Source of the DNA: Antedon mediterranea
Lineage: Eukaryota; Animalia; Echinodermata
NCBI RefSeq assembly: GCF_964355755.1
Contig: NC_092677.1
Span: 9,074,101 to 9,138,100, forward strand
Direction: 5' to 3'
DNA length: 64,000 nucleotides
The notes beneath the pieces are model-generated. The model was not told the DNA's origin. It made no database searches and saw nothing but the letters and a program-made list of their open reading frames with translations. Both the position numbers and the translations under genes were made by a program. Within the stretch, counting starts at the first letter, position 1, and every line of letters starts with the position of its first letter. Below, in pieces: positions 40,066 to 55,801 of the stretch.

Positions 40066-43000
40066 GGGTTGCACGTCGAAATGTAGGCCTAGCGAGCATA
40101 AATAGGACACTTCAAACATTCAGGTTGCGGTACAAGTTCAATTGTCTGGGCCATTCGTTATACTGAAAATGATGCCCAACTATAATTTAGATCGAACTGA
40201 AGATTAGGACTGCCGTCCGGTACCCGTTTAAGTATGCACATTTTGTAGGCCTAGACTCCACGACAAGACGATACTAAATAACGGTCTTGATAATTACATC
40301 ATAATGTACAATACAGTGTTTAGAACATTCAATATTCAATTCAATTATAATTGAATATTCACTTTATTTCGAATATAGAATAATTATGGTGTATGGGAGA
40401 AAACATTCATGTTATAAATATCATAACATTTAACATTCAATAATTCTGCTTCTGGCATAGAACGTTAGCGTATTTTGTCTGATAGGCTACTCTACTATAT
40501 GACTATATGTTTTTGAAAACACAAGTGTGTCAGTTTAAAAAAAAATACATTTATTCACAATTTATAGGCCTACTACTACATCGTGTATCTACAATATAAT
40601 GTAGCCTATAATAAACACTATTTCTAAAAAAAATATTCTGCACAAATATTTGCAATCAGTGGGCCTTCACTATAGACTTAGTATTTAGTTAATTATGTAT
40701 ATGATATAAACATTGTTTCTAGGTCTTTTGTTTGCTTTGTTCATCACTTTCACTGAACCCAGTATACTATGCCTACTTGGACATTTCAACATTGTTTATT
40801 GAAGGCCTGGGTTAATTTATTTTTCTTATTTCTTTATGATAAATTCTGACAAATAACGAGTGTTCTTCTATATCCAATTTATTTATATCGTTCAACAAAA
40901 TACAGAGCAAGTTGGGAACAATACAAAATAATTATTGCAAATGAATACAACTTCTCTAGGCCTATATTGTTTCATAAACAACAAAACTGGTACTTAAAAA
41001 TCAACTCTTTTTTTAAAGAAAATAGGAAACAAGCATGATGAGTAGACCAACAGTAATTTAAAAAGGATTTACAATCGGCTGATTCTCAACGTTGTATAAA
41101 ATTAAGTTATTAAATAGTCAGAAGTAAGTTTACTTAATTTTAAAGCTCGTATTTTGCCTACTTGTTCCCAGCAAGGAAAGTCGTGTGTACGCACGTGGAT
41201 AACGTGCCTTATTCAGGTTAGAGATGTATGTTTTTTGTGGTTTTAAAAGTATAAATAAATCAACAATTCGTGCAAAAACATTTTGATTTTCTACTTCTAA
41301 ACAACATTTTAATTTTTAAAATCTTATCTGTACCTGCGTACCGGTACCTATTATTTGTATTTACTTTGTGTATGGAAAAAACTTAAGTAAACTTAGTACG
41401 TACCGGTTCCTGATTTGGTAGACTTACATTATTTTGTTTAAAATAAGCATAAGATTAATAAGTACGTTAGGCCTCTACAAGAATTCTATATTGATAAAAG
41501 CCTATTATATTCAGCAAAAAGGCTAAATACAACGTTCCAAATACCTACCATCAGTTATAACAAAATACTAGGCTTCAACGGTAAGTATCCAGGAGTGTTA
41601 CAATTGCATATAAACAGTATCACTTCGTTGTGTTACCGTTGGGAAGGCTTTTCAACGACTAATATGACTCGAATTGCACAAGGCGTAGACGAAATAACAG
41701 GCTAGCTTCGTATCCTAGCTTCGTCGAATATCATTTCATATTAAATGTTTTTAACATCCAAAGATTCCATCGGTCTTATCTCTTTCAAGCTGGCCTTCAA
41801 AAGAACGAGAAGATGCAAAGACTGCCGGTAATGCCATCTGAATTTTTATAAATCCAGTGTGTCGACAAATCTTTCATACTTCTCTCAATTTTTCTAAGAA
41901 AAAAAATGTTGGTAAATCACTAGACTCTTGCAAAAAATATCATATTCAAAGTAAAATTATTACTGAATAGTAGTGAAATTATATGATTGAATTGAAATGT
42001 GTTTTTATCTTTCACAAAAAAATATACCTTGAACTAGCCTACATATTCACACACATGTAGCGGAAAATTTCGTATATTTTATCGAAATGACACCGAGTAC
42101 AATGCGACACAATTTGCATTTGGCGGGAATTTTGCCGCCATTTCTACATTTCCTGTATAATATTTACGCCTAATACTTATTTATATTTCATATTGTTTTG
42201 TCTAGTGTGTGATTAATATGCAATTATTAATAAGATAATAATAATAATTAAACAATCCTATCGTGAATTATCACTTTCGTTGAACCATGTGTGGAACGGC
42301 CGATTGTGTGTAGTAATATCTTCCGTTAGTTTTGGTTTATTTTGGAGTGAAACCTACAGCTTGCCTATTCGACCACAGGCCTACTTTACTACTCTAGACC
42401 AAACTATAACTTCAATAAATATACAATAACATATTTACTTTAAATGGAGATGATAATTGAATTATAAAGTTGTTTTGGTATAAGTATAACATTTTTTAAT
42501 ACATTAAAGTATATATTGAAAGGATTCGCCACTCTGGATCTAGAAATTAAAAACACGAACATTGTCCGAAGATATGAAATTTGTTATCCTAAATTTGTTT
42601 CATGAATAATATTCCATTGTGCTTGAAAATATCACATCAATGTGACTCATATTATACCATCCATAAATTGCTGGTCAATTTCTTTACTCTTGAAGTTAAT
42701 ATAGATTATAAATTTCGGAGATATTTTATCAAACTAGGCCTACTTACCAAGCTTACCCCAGCCCAAAATGAGATTAGATGATTTCAAAACAAAATGGCTA
42801 CAAAAAAATACACTAAACATTTTGTATGTTACCCTTTTGAATGTGTTATTTATATTATGGAAATACATTTTAAAATATTGGAATCCCTTTTATCCTTTTA
42901 GTTTTTGTACAGCGCTTAGTAGTTTCACAACATTAGGCGCTATATCCAGGATATTATATTATTATTAATATAAAAAAGCAAGTATTTGTTGAATTTGTTC

Positions 43001-43594
43001 AGCTGAACATTAATGTTAGTGACATCCCTAGTACAAATTTTGTCTGCTTAAATAATAACAAAAGAAGCATGAAATTAAGAAGAAACTTTTTAAATATTTC
43101 TCAATTTGCAAGTAATAAAAATAACCCAAAGACTGATTTTAAGTTTAGATTAACTAATTTTGAAGGCAAGCAAACAATGGAGATGTTTTTTCTTCAAAAT
43201 AATCCAGTTAATTACCAGTTGTATAATTTTATATATTCTTCATTTATTTTAGAAAGATCTACTGATACTTAACGTAATTGTTGTTTACTATTGTTGTTTA
43301 ATATTAATGATGATATCATATAATTATAGGCTTAATTTAAATTATAATTTCTTTCAAAAAGGTCATAACACACAAACAGAGATACAAACATAATATAGTG
43401 AAAACTCTTCCCTGATATTATGTACATGAAGATCATATTTTTTTAGTAATGAATATAAAAGACTATGTCGATAAGACGAACAGAACCACTGCAATTTAAA
43501 CCATTAAATAATTATACCAAGTTCTATTATAGGAGAATATCTTAATCTATCAAAATCTATAATCAATATAAATAGTACATCATGATAAGATATT

Positions 43595-43860
43595 TGTTTT
43601 CTAGGAAATAATATATTTAAAGTTATCGACGTCGTCTGATGCTTTCTCATTTTTATCATGCTATCTTAGCCGTTAGTTATCAAAAAGACAAGACTGTTGA
43701 TGTTTTCCTATAATATACCTTTTGGCACATACAACATGAGCAGAAGTTTTTTTTCTAGGAAATAATAATAAAAAGTATTTGATGATTCTGACAATTAAAT
43801 TATCGACATCGTGGGATGTTTATTAATTTTTGTTCATACTATGTTAGTCGGGAGTTTTCA
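43595..43860. repeat. Diverged local tandem duplication (~155-bp period)
   Basis: TTTTCTAGGAAATAATA...TTATCGAC(G/A)TCGT..GATG...CAT(G/A)CTAT(C/G)TTAG occurs twice. Confidence 0.6.
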
Positions 43861-44127
43861 TCAACAATGTTGTTTCAGGACAGGACAGGACATATTTTTA
43901 ACAAAGATTTGAATCTTATATTTCAAACCATTATATTTTAAAACATTAATAAGACTTACAACATTAATTAAATATTAATTATACTTAAAACATTAATTGA
44001 AACATTAAAGAATTAATTTGATTTATAAGGTATACAGTTTGCAAATATATTTGAATATGAAACAATAAGCAAATATTTATACAGTCTATAAAATATTTCA
44101 ATGTTAGTCAAATAAATTATGTTTAGT

Positions 44128-44225
44128 GAGTAGTACCCGAAAGCTCTACACATTCTTTCTGACTCTTTTTACTTCTACATTTCGATTTGGTTTCTTGCTT
44201 ATTGTATCTCCATTGAAATCCAATA
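44128..44225 (+). mobile_element. Hammerhead-bearing dispersed repeat, copy D (truncated)
   Basis: ACCC-GAAAGCTC half-core, then body ...TTGTATCTCCATTGAAATCCA. Confidence 0.6.
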
Positions 44226-45897
44226 CATTTGTTTTATTATATAAAAAAATTAATATAAGCAATATATAGACAATTCTCATAATTTGTCTAATTTAAGCAA
44301 ACCTACCATAGTAGAGTAGTTTTTTTTTGTTTTTTTTTTAAGCTATCAATATTTTTACTTTTATTTTTTAGTCCTTTTAAACCAGTCATAATCCTATAAG
44401 TAAAATATCAAAGAAATACCTTTATCTCTTTAAATGTAAAATGTTAACAAACACTCAGCTCTTTCAGGTTGGGTGATCATTACTTTGGAGGTTTTATTAA
44501 AATAAAACTGTAATAAATTTAGAATAATAAGGTATAAGTTGTAAAAGCGGAGATTTTTTGCTAGGCAGTGTAGGCTATGTCTCTCATTTACGCATAGATT
44601 TCGTTAGCCAAGCCAAATTTGAATGCAAGTACCCCCATCCCTTCCAAAACATGTCAACGACCATATTAAACAATAAATTAATAAGAATTATAATATTAGT
44701 TCATTAGAAAACATAATAAAACGTATATAATTGCTATTTTTTTTATGTCAAAGTTTGTTTCTGCAAATGGAAATAAATCGACCACTTCAAACAACATTTG
44801 GCTAAGCCCTGTTGGATTATCTCGTTCGCTGATGATGGTAAATTGTCATAATTTATTCATAAAACGTATTATAGTCTAGATATTAGCTTGTAGTTCTATA
44901 ATTAGTCATAAAAGATGGTAGACATTTTAATAATTAAATAATAAATGTAAATGATGACGTAATATCTGTTTTGTGCAACATACACATTAGTTTGCTGATG
45001 ATATGGAAAAGCGTCATAAAGTATAGTCATAATTAGTCATAGATCTAATTATGATTGTGCTCTATTCTTTTGTTCCAAACATAAATTTTCGTTATAAAAT
45101 TCTTATACGAAATGAGTTTGGAAGATAAAAGATTAACTCTAAATTTTCCAGAATATTATTAGTCAAATAATATTGTAAGCTGTAAAAGTTACAAAATGTA
45201 GCCCCACCCAACCCTCGATATCAAGTCGTCTGCTTAATAAGCGGCCTGCTGTCAGACTATTGGAGCATTCCTCGTGGCATGGTTCATATTGGATACCATA
45301 TTCTATACCGTAAGCGTGCCTAGCTGACACATTATATAAATCTTAAAACAATTAAGTTCGATCTAACAAAGTGACAGTTACATTCTGTAATATAATGAAG
45401 AGTTATTCTAATTTATTATTCAAAATATACATATATAGTTTTTTATTAACAATATGATAAACAGCTCATCTTCAAATAACTTTTCCTCGTAGGTACTTTT
45501 TCATATTCTAATTATGTTTAGCGCCTTATCATTTACGGCTATTCTACTAACAAAAAATAAAAACCGAGTGAGTAAGTCATTATAATAAACGTTTAGATTC
45601 CTTACTTTCATGATCACAAACAAACCGTATATCATTATCTTTTGTACCTAACTAGGAGATTTATATTTAAACAAATCGAAGATAGAACTAATGCAATTAA
45701 AGACAATTTAAATGACATACATTATAATATATAACATCACATTCATCAGCATATCACTTGCCTCTCTTTTCTTTTCTTCTGTTTTGATCAATGTGTACAA
45801 TAGGTAATCAACTAAAAGTCTGATTTAAATATAATATGAAAAAATTAACAGAGTGGAGAAAATGTTTGTAAAATACCGGTAGCTGTTTATTTAATAT

Positions 45898-45959
45898 CGC
45901 CATGAGCAATGAATGTTGGAATGGCGCTATATAAATTGAACGATTGATTGATTGATTGA
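45898..45959 (+). mobile_element. L2 3' tail fragment
   Basis: CGCCATGAGCAATGA...GGCGCTATATAAATTGAACGATTGATTGATTGA matches 23270-23330. Confidence 0.85.
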
Positions 45960-46929
45960 ATATCAAGGGAAAATAATTGAAATTTAAGTAATGATTGCAG
46001 GCCTAACTAAAAACTACCAACACTTTTGAAAAGATTTTCATAGGATTCTTAGGCCTACATTATATTTTGGAAAAGCAGTGATTTATTTTTTCATTTAATG
46101 TCAGTAGTCTAATAAGTATGACTTTTTATACGTCTTTTTAAAATAATTTTCCAACTAAATTTCAATCAAATCAATGTGTCAATAACTATCGAATTCTTTA
46201 GAAAAACGGTTATATTTTTTAGAAGAAAAAGAAAGGTAATTTTTATAAGCGAAGATAGGTTTCAGTGGATTTTTTGTACTGATAGACGGGTTAGAGTTAC
46301 TGTAAGAAAATTGTAATAATTTATGTAAAATGTACCATTGGCTGTTAACTAGGTTAACTAACAGAAACAATAACATAACTCTTGATATATAAAACTGCTA
46401 AAAGGCTTTTTATGGACTAATCAATACTTTAACCCTTTTTAGACTTTAAATTATGCATAATATCATGAGCAAACTATGAAAACTATAATTGTGGTAGGCC
46501 TATTCAGCTTTCCACCATTGATGGATTAACCACACGACAATACAAGAGTTTAACAGTACCGACGCCTAGGTACGTTACACTTATTTTTACAAAATAGAGT
46601 GCTTACATTTTACAAAGGTTAAAAGAAACTACAGGCCTATAAAATATCTTCGAGAGTAATATATTATACCAATACATACTGCAATATGTTGTTCAACTGA
46701 AAGTTGACACCAACATTAAATATCCAAGAAAATTAAGGATAAGCAATTCACTCCGTCCAGAAAATAATTAAAACAAAAGTGTAATTATTAGCGAATTTAC
46801 TAAACTTTTATTTTAACACTGATAATATTTATTTTATGAAATGGTAATGACAGTATAATCTTGTTGTAACCATTTTTCAGTTACTTTCTATTGATTGCAT
46901 ATTAAACAACTATGAGAACAACAAATTGG

Positions 46930-47060
46930 TACTCTTTTCTTCTCATTTTACCATCGTTTTGTTTTAGCTTGTTTGCTTGTTTTATTTGTATCTTTACTTA
47001 AATCTAGGCACTGATGCCCAGAACATTGTAGAATATCAGTAATTTTGCCTTTGAATTTAT
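46930..47060 (+). mobile_element. Hammerhead-family repeat, copy E (body only)
   Basis: TTTTAGCTT...GTATCTTTAC...CACTGATGCCCAGAACATTGT...CAGTAATTTTGCCTTTGAATTTA. Confidence 0.6.
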
Positions 47061-47633
47061 AAAACAAATTGTGGACCTCAATGTGTATATCAAAGCTCAT
47101 TTTATTTGTTTGTATACAAACTCTTTTCTTTTACATAGCCGTTTAGCTAATTTAGTATTCATTTAAGAGGAGATAAAGAGTAATAAATTAGTCCTAATGG
47201 CGAGAAACTTTTCTTTACAATCTAAATGTAGGCTATACGGTACGTTGCATCTGTCCATTCACCCGAAGCTATGAAGTTTGGTATCTCCCCTTCGAAATAA
47301 CCTTAGGGGGATTGTTTATTTAAAATTAGGAAATTAACCATATAATTAAGGCCACATTGTTCCACTTGCATGCATTTGTTATACCTTGCATAAAACTTAA
47401 AGATGTGGATTAAGTCGAAACTTTATAACAACACCATGACAATTGATACAAATCTAACCGTACATATGTAAACTTTCTTTTACAAATCCATTGATGTAGG
47501 CTTAATTAAAATATAGGGCACAGTGGGGACACTCTACAGGAGTTCAAGTGTGCATACAGACTTTGATACAGTGCGTACAGTTTTTTGTACGCGCGCGTAT
47601 ATATCCATTGTTTCTGGTTCCGTCATGGAACTT

Positions 47634-47691
47634 TCTACACTATAAAACTAGTTTTTGACACACAAAACACTTTGATAGTGTAGACAGAGCT
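47634..47691. mobile_element. Harbinger-like MITE family, internally deleted copy
   Basis: TCTACACTATAAAA...TTTGATAGTGTAGACAGAGCT. Confidence 0.7.
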
Positions 47692-48593
47692 TTGGTTTTG
47701 TTCTTCAAAACAAACAAAAACAATGAAATTGGTTGGTCAAAATTACATAAAAAAAACGGATATCAATTTATTTTTATTTTTTGTTGTTGAAGTTATTATT
47801 GCTTCTCTTTATAATTTATTGCAATGCTATCACAAAGAGAATAACAGAATGTGTGTCATTCTCATTGTTTATTCGTGGTACTCAAATGTATTTAGTATGT
47901 TCTTAAACTAGTTTAGGACCTATAATAATTTATATGTTATATTAAATGGTATATGCCTATAATAGAAATTTGTTCATTTTGTAGTCTAATTTGTACATTT
48001 TAAATATAGAATTGTTCTATTTATATGTTTTGATTCATTGGTGTTTATAGTATATTGTTCTTGGACGCACCCAAAGTGTGTTTTCGAATAAAGATTATAT
48101 ATTATATATTGTAAGCAAAAAGCACCTTAATGCGTGTATGTCTATTCATTTGAATACAAAATGGCGATCAGCGAAAAGTCAGAAGCGGAAAACTCCTTAT
48201 GCAGATGCAGTCTAGAAGTTGTTTCTTAATTAGTATCTAGAAGGAAGGAGGGAAGGGGAGTAATGTTAAATTGTATAGTGTTTATAGGTTTATAATAGGC
48301 CTGGTATACGAATAAAATTAAAATTGGCCATGATTTTGTTTTTTAAATCCGAAGAAAAACAAACTTAATACCTTGGTTCAATTTTTTATTGCATTTATAC
48401 AATATATATTTTTTTTTATAGTTTAAACTTTATTTTAAGAGTGTAAACTTTCCAGCCGGAAAAAAAAATAATGCTAGTTGATAGCCTACTTTTACAGTCT
48501 TACTTTCCAAGATTAAAAAAAAAACAGACAAACAAACAAATTAGACAACAAACTTAACACATTTTCTTATTACATTTATACAATTTTATTCAA

Positions 48594-48730
48594 AGCTCTG
48601 GTCTACACTAGTTTGAAGAAGTGTGGTGTGCTAAAATATGGTAGTGATATGCACAAATATGGTAGTGATATGACATCATCATGTTCATATATGGGCACAT
48701 CACATGTTTTGACAAAAGTTTGACAGAGCT
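48594..48730. mobile_element. Harbinger-like MITE family copy
   Basis: AGCTCTGGTCTACACT...GACAGAGCT; interior is the reverse complement of the 30415-30470 interior. Confidence 0.8.
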
Positions 48731-51700
48731 TTAAAATCTTACACTCCAATAAAATACACATAAGAAAACTATACATCCTTAAAAAATTACATTAAAATTA
48801 AAAGGTGGCCATTCAAATTTCCTTGTAAAAGAAAAATGAAACCCGGCAGATATGATAAAAGCAGGTGTTAGATTCCGTTGCATTTTGGGAAAGATAGATA
48901 AAAAACATCCGATCATAATTAACACAAACTTAATGACATTCAAATAGTGGATGAACTAAAGGTGTACACACCGGTTTATATAATAAAATGAAATGTATTT
49001 TCTGTTTTGTTTTATTTTCTAACATGCGTCTACCGGTATTTCGATTTAGTTTGGGAAAAAAATATGCGATTTAACGGTACTCAAACTTACGCCAGAGATT
49101 ACGTTAATTTAATTCGTTACGGTAAGTTATGTTTATCGGCTGTTCTGCCATCTGTCTCACGTGGTCTCCCGGAGGAGATTCGTTCGATGTATCACTCTAG
49201 ACTTTGAAAACTTTGCAATTATTTTGGTGAAGATGTGTCCTGTTTGCTTTTAACTGGACATCTAAATTTTTAATTCTTAAATCATACACTTAAAGTTTAG
49301 AAGTACTGGTAGGCCTAAGGTTATTTATCTCAAACGAACAGAATATGTTCAAATGTGATTAGATTTTATTTTTGCCTGTTTGCTTATAATGAAATAAAAT
49401 AAACATTTAAATATCTTATTCAGGTGCTTTAACCTCCTCCTCATCGGTAAAAATGAAAATATAAATAAACATAGTCAAGTCAAAATAACATTGGAAACGT
49501 AATTAATGTTTAGACACTTTCTCTTATTAACCTTAAAAATGATGTATATGCCGAAGTCTATTGATATAAAATTTATTTTTAAAGTACTATCCTTAAATGT
49601 AATATTACATTATGTAATTTGTTTGAATTAAATTAAATGTCCTTATAAATAATAAAATAACTACGGATAATGTAGGCGTTTTATCTTTAGTGTTTAATTT
49701 GAAAACGTGAAGGTTGATGTCAAACAAAATAGACATATAGACCACAGATTAATCAGATTAAAATAGTTTCGGTTGATCAGCAGAAATTTTATTTATTTAT
49801 TTTTTCTAATTGTTAGCTATAAAATATAAAATATTTTACGGAATGTTCATGATTATATTGATGGAAACAAGTATTGGATTGCGAAGAAGTATTGCATCAG
49901 GCACAATTACACATTGAGTGTGGTGGAATAAGATTCATATTTTGGTGAATGGGAGTAAAACGCATGTATGGACACAACATAAAACCAATACCAATACCAG
50001 CCTGAGACCAATACAAAAACCACCACTAAAATCAAAAGCGTGTTCTGCACAAATGTGATTCGATATTTTAGCGAATTAGAACATGATGTGTGGACACAAA
50101 ATGCAATTAGGTAAAATCATCTTAATATCAGAAACCGATATACAGAACTGAAATTCGCATTCAATGATGGTAACATTTAAGAGCCCATAGTATTACTAAA
50201 GTTTACAAAAATATATTATAATATTTTGTTTACAAACACATTGTTTTGAACACTTTGGTGTTTGTGTAAGGTACCGTATACGATGCATGAATAGGCCTAT
50301 AGAAACGCTACCAATTTTTTTTTAAACGGTACAGAGAGGGGTATTGTAATGGTTAAATGTTCTCAATGACGAACTAACTTCATAGTCATTAGGCAAATAA
50401 ACCAGGTTTATGGCGATACATTACTATCAGTCTAATGATACATTATATGTGAAACCCTATTAATGGCAACAAGCTTCACATTGGTGGTTTCTATCTTTAG
50501 GTATGTCTAGAAAACCGCATTTATATGCCCTCGGGAAACTTGATAGCATTCATGTTTTAGCACAAACCACCAATTAATATGAATGTAATCTTCCTCTTAC
50601 TTAATGTGATCATTAGATTTTTATTCGAATATTTCATCGCGTCTCAATGCCATGAAAGGGTGTATCAAAACTAGGCCAAGCTGAAAGATCCATGCTAATC
50701 GCAGTGGAATAATACCAGTATGTATTTAGCGACCACTCCCGTGCACGCGTGGTGTGGTGGCTTCATTAATTTTAAAACATTTGCTTGAAAATCAAGCGAA
50801 AAGAATGGATAAAATGATTATGATTCAATGTGTTTATATTATAATGTTAAGCGTACCATACAAATCGTGCATTACTTATAGAAAATAGCTTAAATAGTGA
50901 ATTATACAGTTACACTTATGTCAGCACAAATTAAACACTATGGATGGAAACTAATAGCCTGTACCAAAACCTTTACAAACACCATAGAGAAAATCGCCAA
51001 AAAGAAATTTAAAGAGAGGCTCAAATTGAATTATCATATATATGGTTATATTGTTCATTTTGTACAGTATCTTAAAAAAAAAAATTACAGCATCATATTT
51101 TGACAGAAAAAATAAATAAAAGTGGAAAAAGTACTGGTGCAAAAAAATTTAAAATTGGGTTCGCATGCTATTGTAAAATAGGCCTAATGATATCATGATA
51201 TAATATCATTTATTTCCTACAAGTGAATAATTATTTTGGGCATTTAAAGGTTATAAGTATAATTTGCCAGAGTATACGACAAAATAATACAGAATGATAA
51301 TTTAACTATTTTATATGTGAATAGAAATTATTCATTTAAAGTATCGTGTAATTGTAATACATTTACTATAGGCCTGGCTGTTATATTTTAGGATCCTTAC
51401 AATAATTATGACAAATAGTCTTATAAAGTATAACTGATGCATGACCATTTCATAACGTTTTCTTTTGATTCATCTCCCCAGGTGACATAGTTCATTGTAA
51501 ACCGTATCTGTTCTTTTATAATGTTCTATAATAGTATTCAAGGCTACCCTAAGATAACATTGATGTGAGACCAACAATTAAAAATTGTTGTCATTAACAA
51601 CTATTATGTCCATTTTCAATTATTACTGGTGGTGGTTAGTTTGTGATGATGAATAAACATTTATACTATTATAATCTTTATAAATAACATTTCACTTACA

Positions 51701-53533
51701 TATCAATGAGTGGTTATAAATTATATCCATTGGTGGACAGTACAGTTAACAGGAACTGGAGTTATTTACAAATCTGTCACCAAATTCCATTTTGTTAAGA
51801 TATACAGCCAGCTGATAATGTTATTCAAAACACGAATATTGCAGAACGAGTTGTGTCTATTATAACGGATTGCGACGTCAACAACGCATCATTATGAAGA
51901 TCAAGTTAATGTAACAAACTTTCAGGTGGCATGGGTTGTATTATTTCCGTGTAATTTCCTTCAGTTAATGCCTATCATATATTACCGGGCCTAAAATAAG
52001 CCTTGAAGAGGATTTTCATGTTTGGTTAGCTACAGTTGGTTTATGTCTGATGTTGATCTACGTAATTCAATCATATAGGGTTATTCTTAATAGTGTAGTT
52101 TCAACCAATATGATAACTATCATGCCAATTTGGTAAAATATGATATCTGTAGCGTTCTTTCGTTTCGTTTCTTTGTTAAATTAACGGTGTAGATAACTGA
52201 ATAATATAGCAAACCTATGTTAAAATGGTTGATATTGTCGAATTTCTAAACACCTTGATCGTTCAAGATATAAAAAGAAGACATATCGGTAATTAGCATA
52301 CCTGATGCAGACAGTCACGAACTTCCAAGTGAACCCCGAATCAGGAATTCGTTTGTGTCTGATGAACTGTCTGGGTCACATTCAACATAATGGTGGCACT
52401 CTTTATCGAAACTGTAGCAGACACATTTGACGATGAATAACATTAATAACATTCATGTTCTCGCATTTTTGAAAGCCGATATCTTAAGCCTGATCAGACG
52501 ATCGTCTTAATTGACCAATCAACAGTTCCGATTTCAGTATCGCGTCATCATCAACCCGTACATTTAAATGATGCATCTTTAGTTCGTCATAAACACCATA
52601 AAAAAAGAACATTTAAACTTTATTTTCTGAAATGCCAAACATTGATAATTCATTTCGACTTCCAACGAAATCATATCGATACGTTGTTCTGTTTATTTCA
52701 GGGCGGATGGAGAATCTAAAATACAAACGCCTACACATTGCCCCTGACAATAAACGAATTTGTCTAAAAATAACAGCACCTTGGCCCTGTATCGCCCACT
52801 AATGTAACTATCAACCATTAATGTAACAAAAATGAATCACTAATAAAACCAACCGCTAAACTTAATTCTAACCACTAACGTAAAAGACTTCATCAACCAT
52901 TGTAACGTAAAACAATTTCACTAACGTAACATTTGAAAATGTTGACATGTTCTGTTTTTTTTAATATGGAAAGTTGAAAATCTTCTGCTCTGTTTTTAGT
53001 CTTAACATGTCTGTTTGTCAGTACATTTTCATTCGAAGAAAAACGATAATATCCTACGGTCATGTCATTGTATAAATTCAAATTCCGTGACTAAAATCAC
53101 AAACTAACCGATGATAATTCAAGAATCTGGATGAAAAGCTATTTTAAGGTTTTTATAACTAAAACTTTAAATTAAAATCAAATCTTTGTTCCATATGTAA
53201 ATATGTGTACATGGCAAAATTGTTTGACAGAAATATGGTGAAACAAACAAAAACATTTACAATTACATCATACATTTGATAAAATTACAATTTACAAAAA
53301 AAGATTCAACTTGTAGGCCTACTGTTATTTTCTAACTATTACTGATAACGTAAACCATACCTTATCATTGCATTCATTGTTTCTTCTTATCTAAAAAATG
53401 CTCGGGTGTGTTCTGATATTTGTGATATTTAAATGAATATGCAAATCGTTCACACCTGAAAATGTTTTGTCCGACGGTGTTTGCAGATTTTAAAAAAAAT
53501 CAATCCCACTGCCGTGTTATTGTGTAAATTCAA

Positions 53534-53605
53534 TGCCGTGACCAGGATTCGAACCTGGGTTTTTGCGGCCACAACGCAAAGTACTAACCGCTATACTATC
53601 ACGGC
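53534..53605 (-). tRNA. tRNA-His-GTG: tRNA-His(GTG), copy 1
   Basis: GCCGTGATAGTATAGCGGTTAGTACTTTGCGTTGTGGCCGCAAAAACCCAGGTTCGAATCCTGGTCACGGCA; full cloverleaf, A73, no encoded G-1 or CCA; T-run terminator downstream. Confidence 0.97.
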
Positions 53606-55315
53606 GAGCTACGTAGGATATCTGGATAGATGATGGTTAGTTAAACCCATGTATGGAAGCCAAGTTTATTTAGTTTAATTATTTACGAAAATAGTTAATT
53701 TTTAATCAACATTTGTCATTATTTCGACGAGATAATTAATATTTAACTACCAATTCAATTCACTTTTGATTCACTATTACTACTTCTACGAATAATGATA
53801 ACAGTAGGCATAATAAAATACAGATACTTATAAATGTATAGAAATTAAAATATTTCATCTCATAGTTTGACAGTAAGCACTGGCTTTAAAATATATTATA
53901 TAATAATATACTTCTTGAAAAAGAAAGTAAATAAATTACAAATGTGATTTATAAAACATTGGATAACACATACCAGCACCTTGTCATGTGCAACTATATA
54001 ATTCAGCCGATTCCATACTCACTGTATCTTGTCTAGCGACAATAAACATTCAGTAGTAGTGTGTCTGCTGGCTGCATCACCGGGTCATTGCTGTATATAT
54101 AGTATCAGGAGAGACTATTCAATTATTTTATATAGATAACTGAAACGATAAAGGTTCACGTTTGTCATAACAATTATCATGGACAGCAATTTAAACCAAT
54201 TTCTCATATGCAACAAAATATCGGTCCTTTTGGAGTAGACCTACATGGCATACACCCTTACATTAATGGTCAAGAATATGCAAATTAGCATTCATAAAGA
54301 AATTACACACACACGATCCAAACACAAACTATTATTTAATAGATTGTTAATATAGGCCTATCACTAAATATGAAATACAAGAAGTTAATTAGAAAATCAT
54401 TCCTTTCAATCAATCTTCTACTACTGTATGATAGTACCTAAACTTATTTTATATTTCAACGTAGGATCCATTTTAATTCACCACACAGGCCTATCCAATC
54501 AAAAATAAATATAAAAACATATTCAGTCTTCCACGTACGCACAACAGAAAGTTTTTAAGAAAAAAATCTGTGATACCTAATTAATTTAAATTTTAATAAA
54601 TTTAAAAACAATTGTTTCCTTGATGGCATTATATGAGTGTCTTATATTAAGATATTATTAAAATCGAAACATTTTGTGTTAAATCATTGACGGTAATTGA
54701 CACAAGTTATTATTTTTTTCGTTCAATTTAACAAACAAAAATGAATAATTTTAAATTTAATTTTATCCAATCTATATATATGATATCTTGAGTAATGACA
54801 GTATTAATTTGGTGGATGGAGTGAATTATCCATTCTTTAATTCGTTAAATCAAGGACAAAAATAAAAATCACAACAAATCACATTAAATTTAAAAATAAA
54901 CATGATTTTCGAACTAACACTTATAGGCTAAAAAACATTTCAAATTGTACAACGCATTATTAAAATCATTTGAATTATTTATACATTTCCTTCGTATGTC
55001 AATTGTAATTTAATTTGTTTAAATTTAATGTGCAATTACTGACATAACACGCATGGGAAAAGTGTGCATTTAGAAACGCCAACAGGTCTACAGAACCACA
55101 TTGCACACATTGTATTAATCCGCTAACTTTAAATTTATTATAGTGCGCAGTGAAGTTAATATTATAGTATAAATTGCTGATTTATGATTATATTATAGAA
55201 ATAGAATTAGCATTAAAACATAATGTAATCATAGAAGAAAGAATGCTCCACGATTACCAAAGGTGGGTATTATTTAAATACATTCCCATCGAAAATATGT
55301 AAAGTTATACTGTAA

Positions 55316-55416
55316 AGCTCTGTCTACACTATCAGTTAGTTATTAGTTACCATATTTAGGCATACCACTTCCATATTTGGGCACATCAACACTAGTTTGA
55401 GAGTGTAGACAGAGCT
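55316..55416. mobile_element. Harbinger-like MITE family copy
   Basis: AGCTCTGTCTACACTATCA...TGAGAGTGTAGACAGAGCT, flanked by TAA/TTA. Confidence 0.8.
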
Positions 55417-55801
55417 TTAAGCTATACTGTAAAGTTTTTATCTTTTAATTAATATATACTGTAAAAGGTTAATGAGAAAAACTATGATAGTTTAAGGGGT
55501 GTTAAAATTATTTAAGTAACTACATTTCTTCTACTGCATGATATTAGTTGTTTCATTTACAAGTTTATTAGACAGTAATTACAATCAAACAGTGTGTATG
55601 GTTGCTAAATACATAATTACATAACGAGGTTTAAGCAAAAAAAATTGATTACTGCAGTATTCTTCAGTAGAATAAATTGAAATGGTCTCAATGTCTAATT
55701 GTGCACGGTTTAGGAACAATTTTTAGCCTTCGATTTCGAAGTTAGATAATGTTTGTCAAAACAGATCCAAACAACAATGATTCATAAGCGTTAAATAATA
55801 T

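Noticed and set aside
52354-52425. CTGATGA...GAAA between complementary TGTGTCTG/CAGACACA ends (hammerhead or C/D snoRNA)
   Set aside because: No stem II closing pair or proper UH site for a hammerhead, and no box D (CTGA) for a snoRNA.
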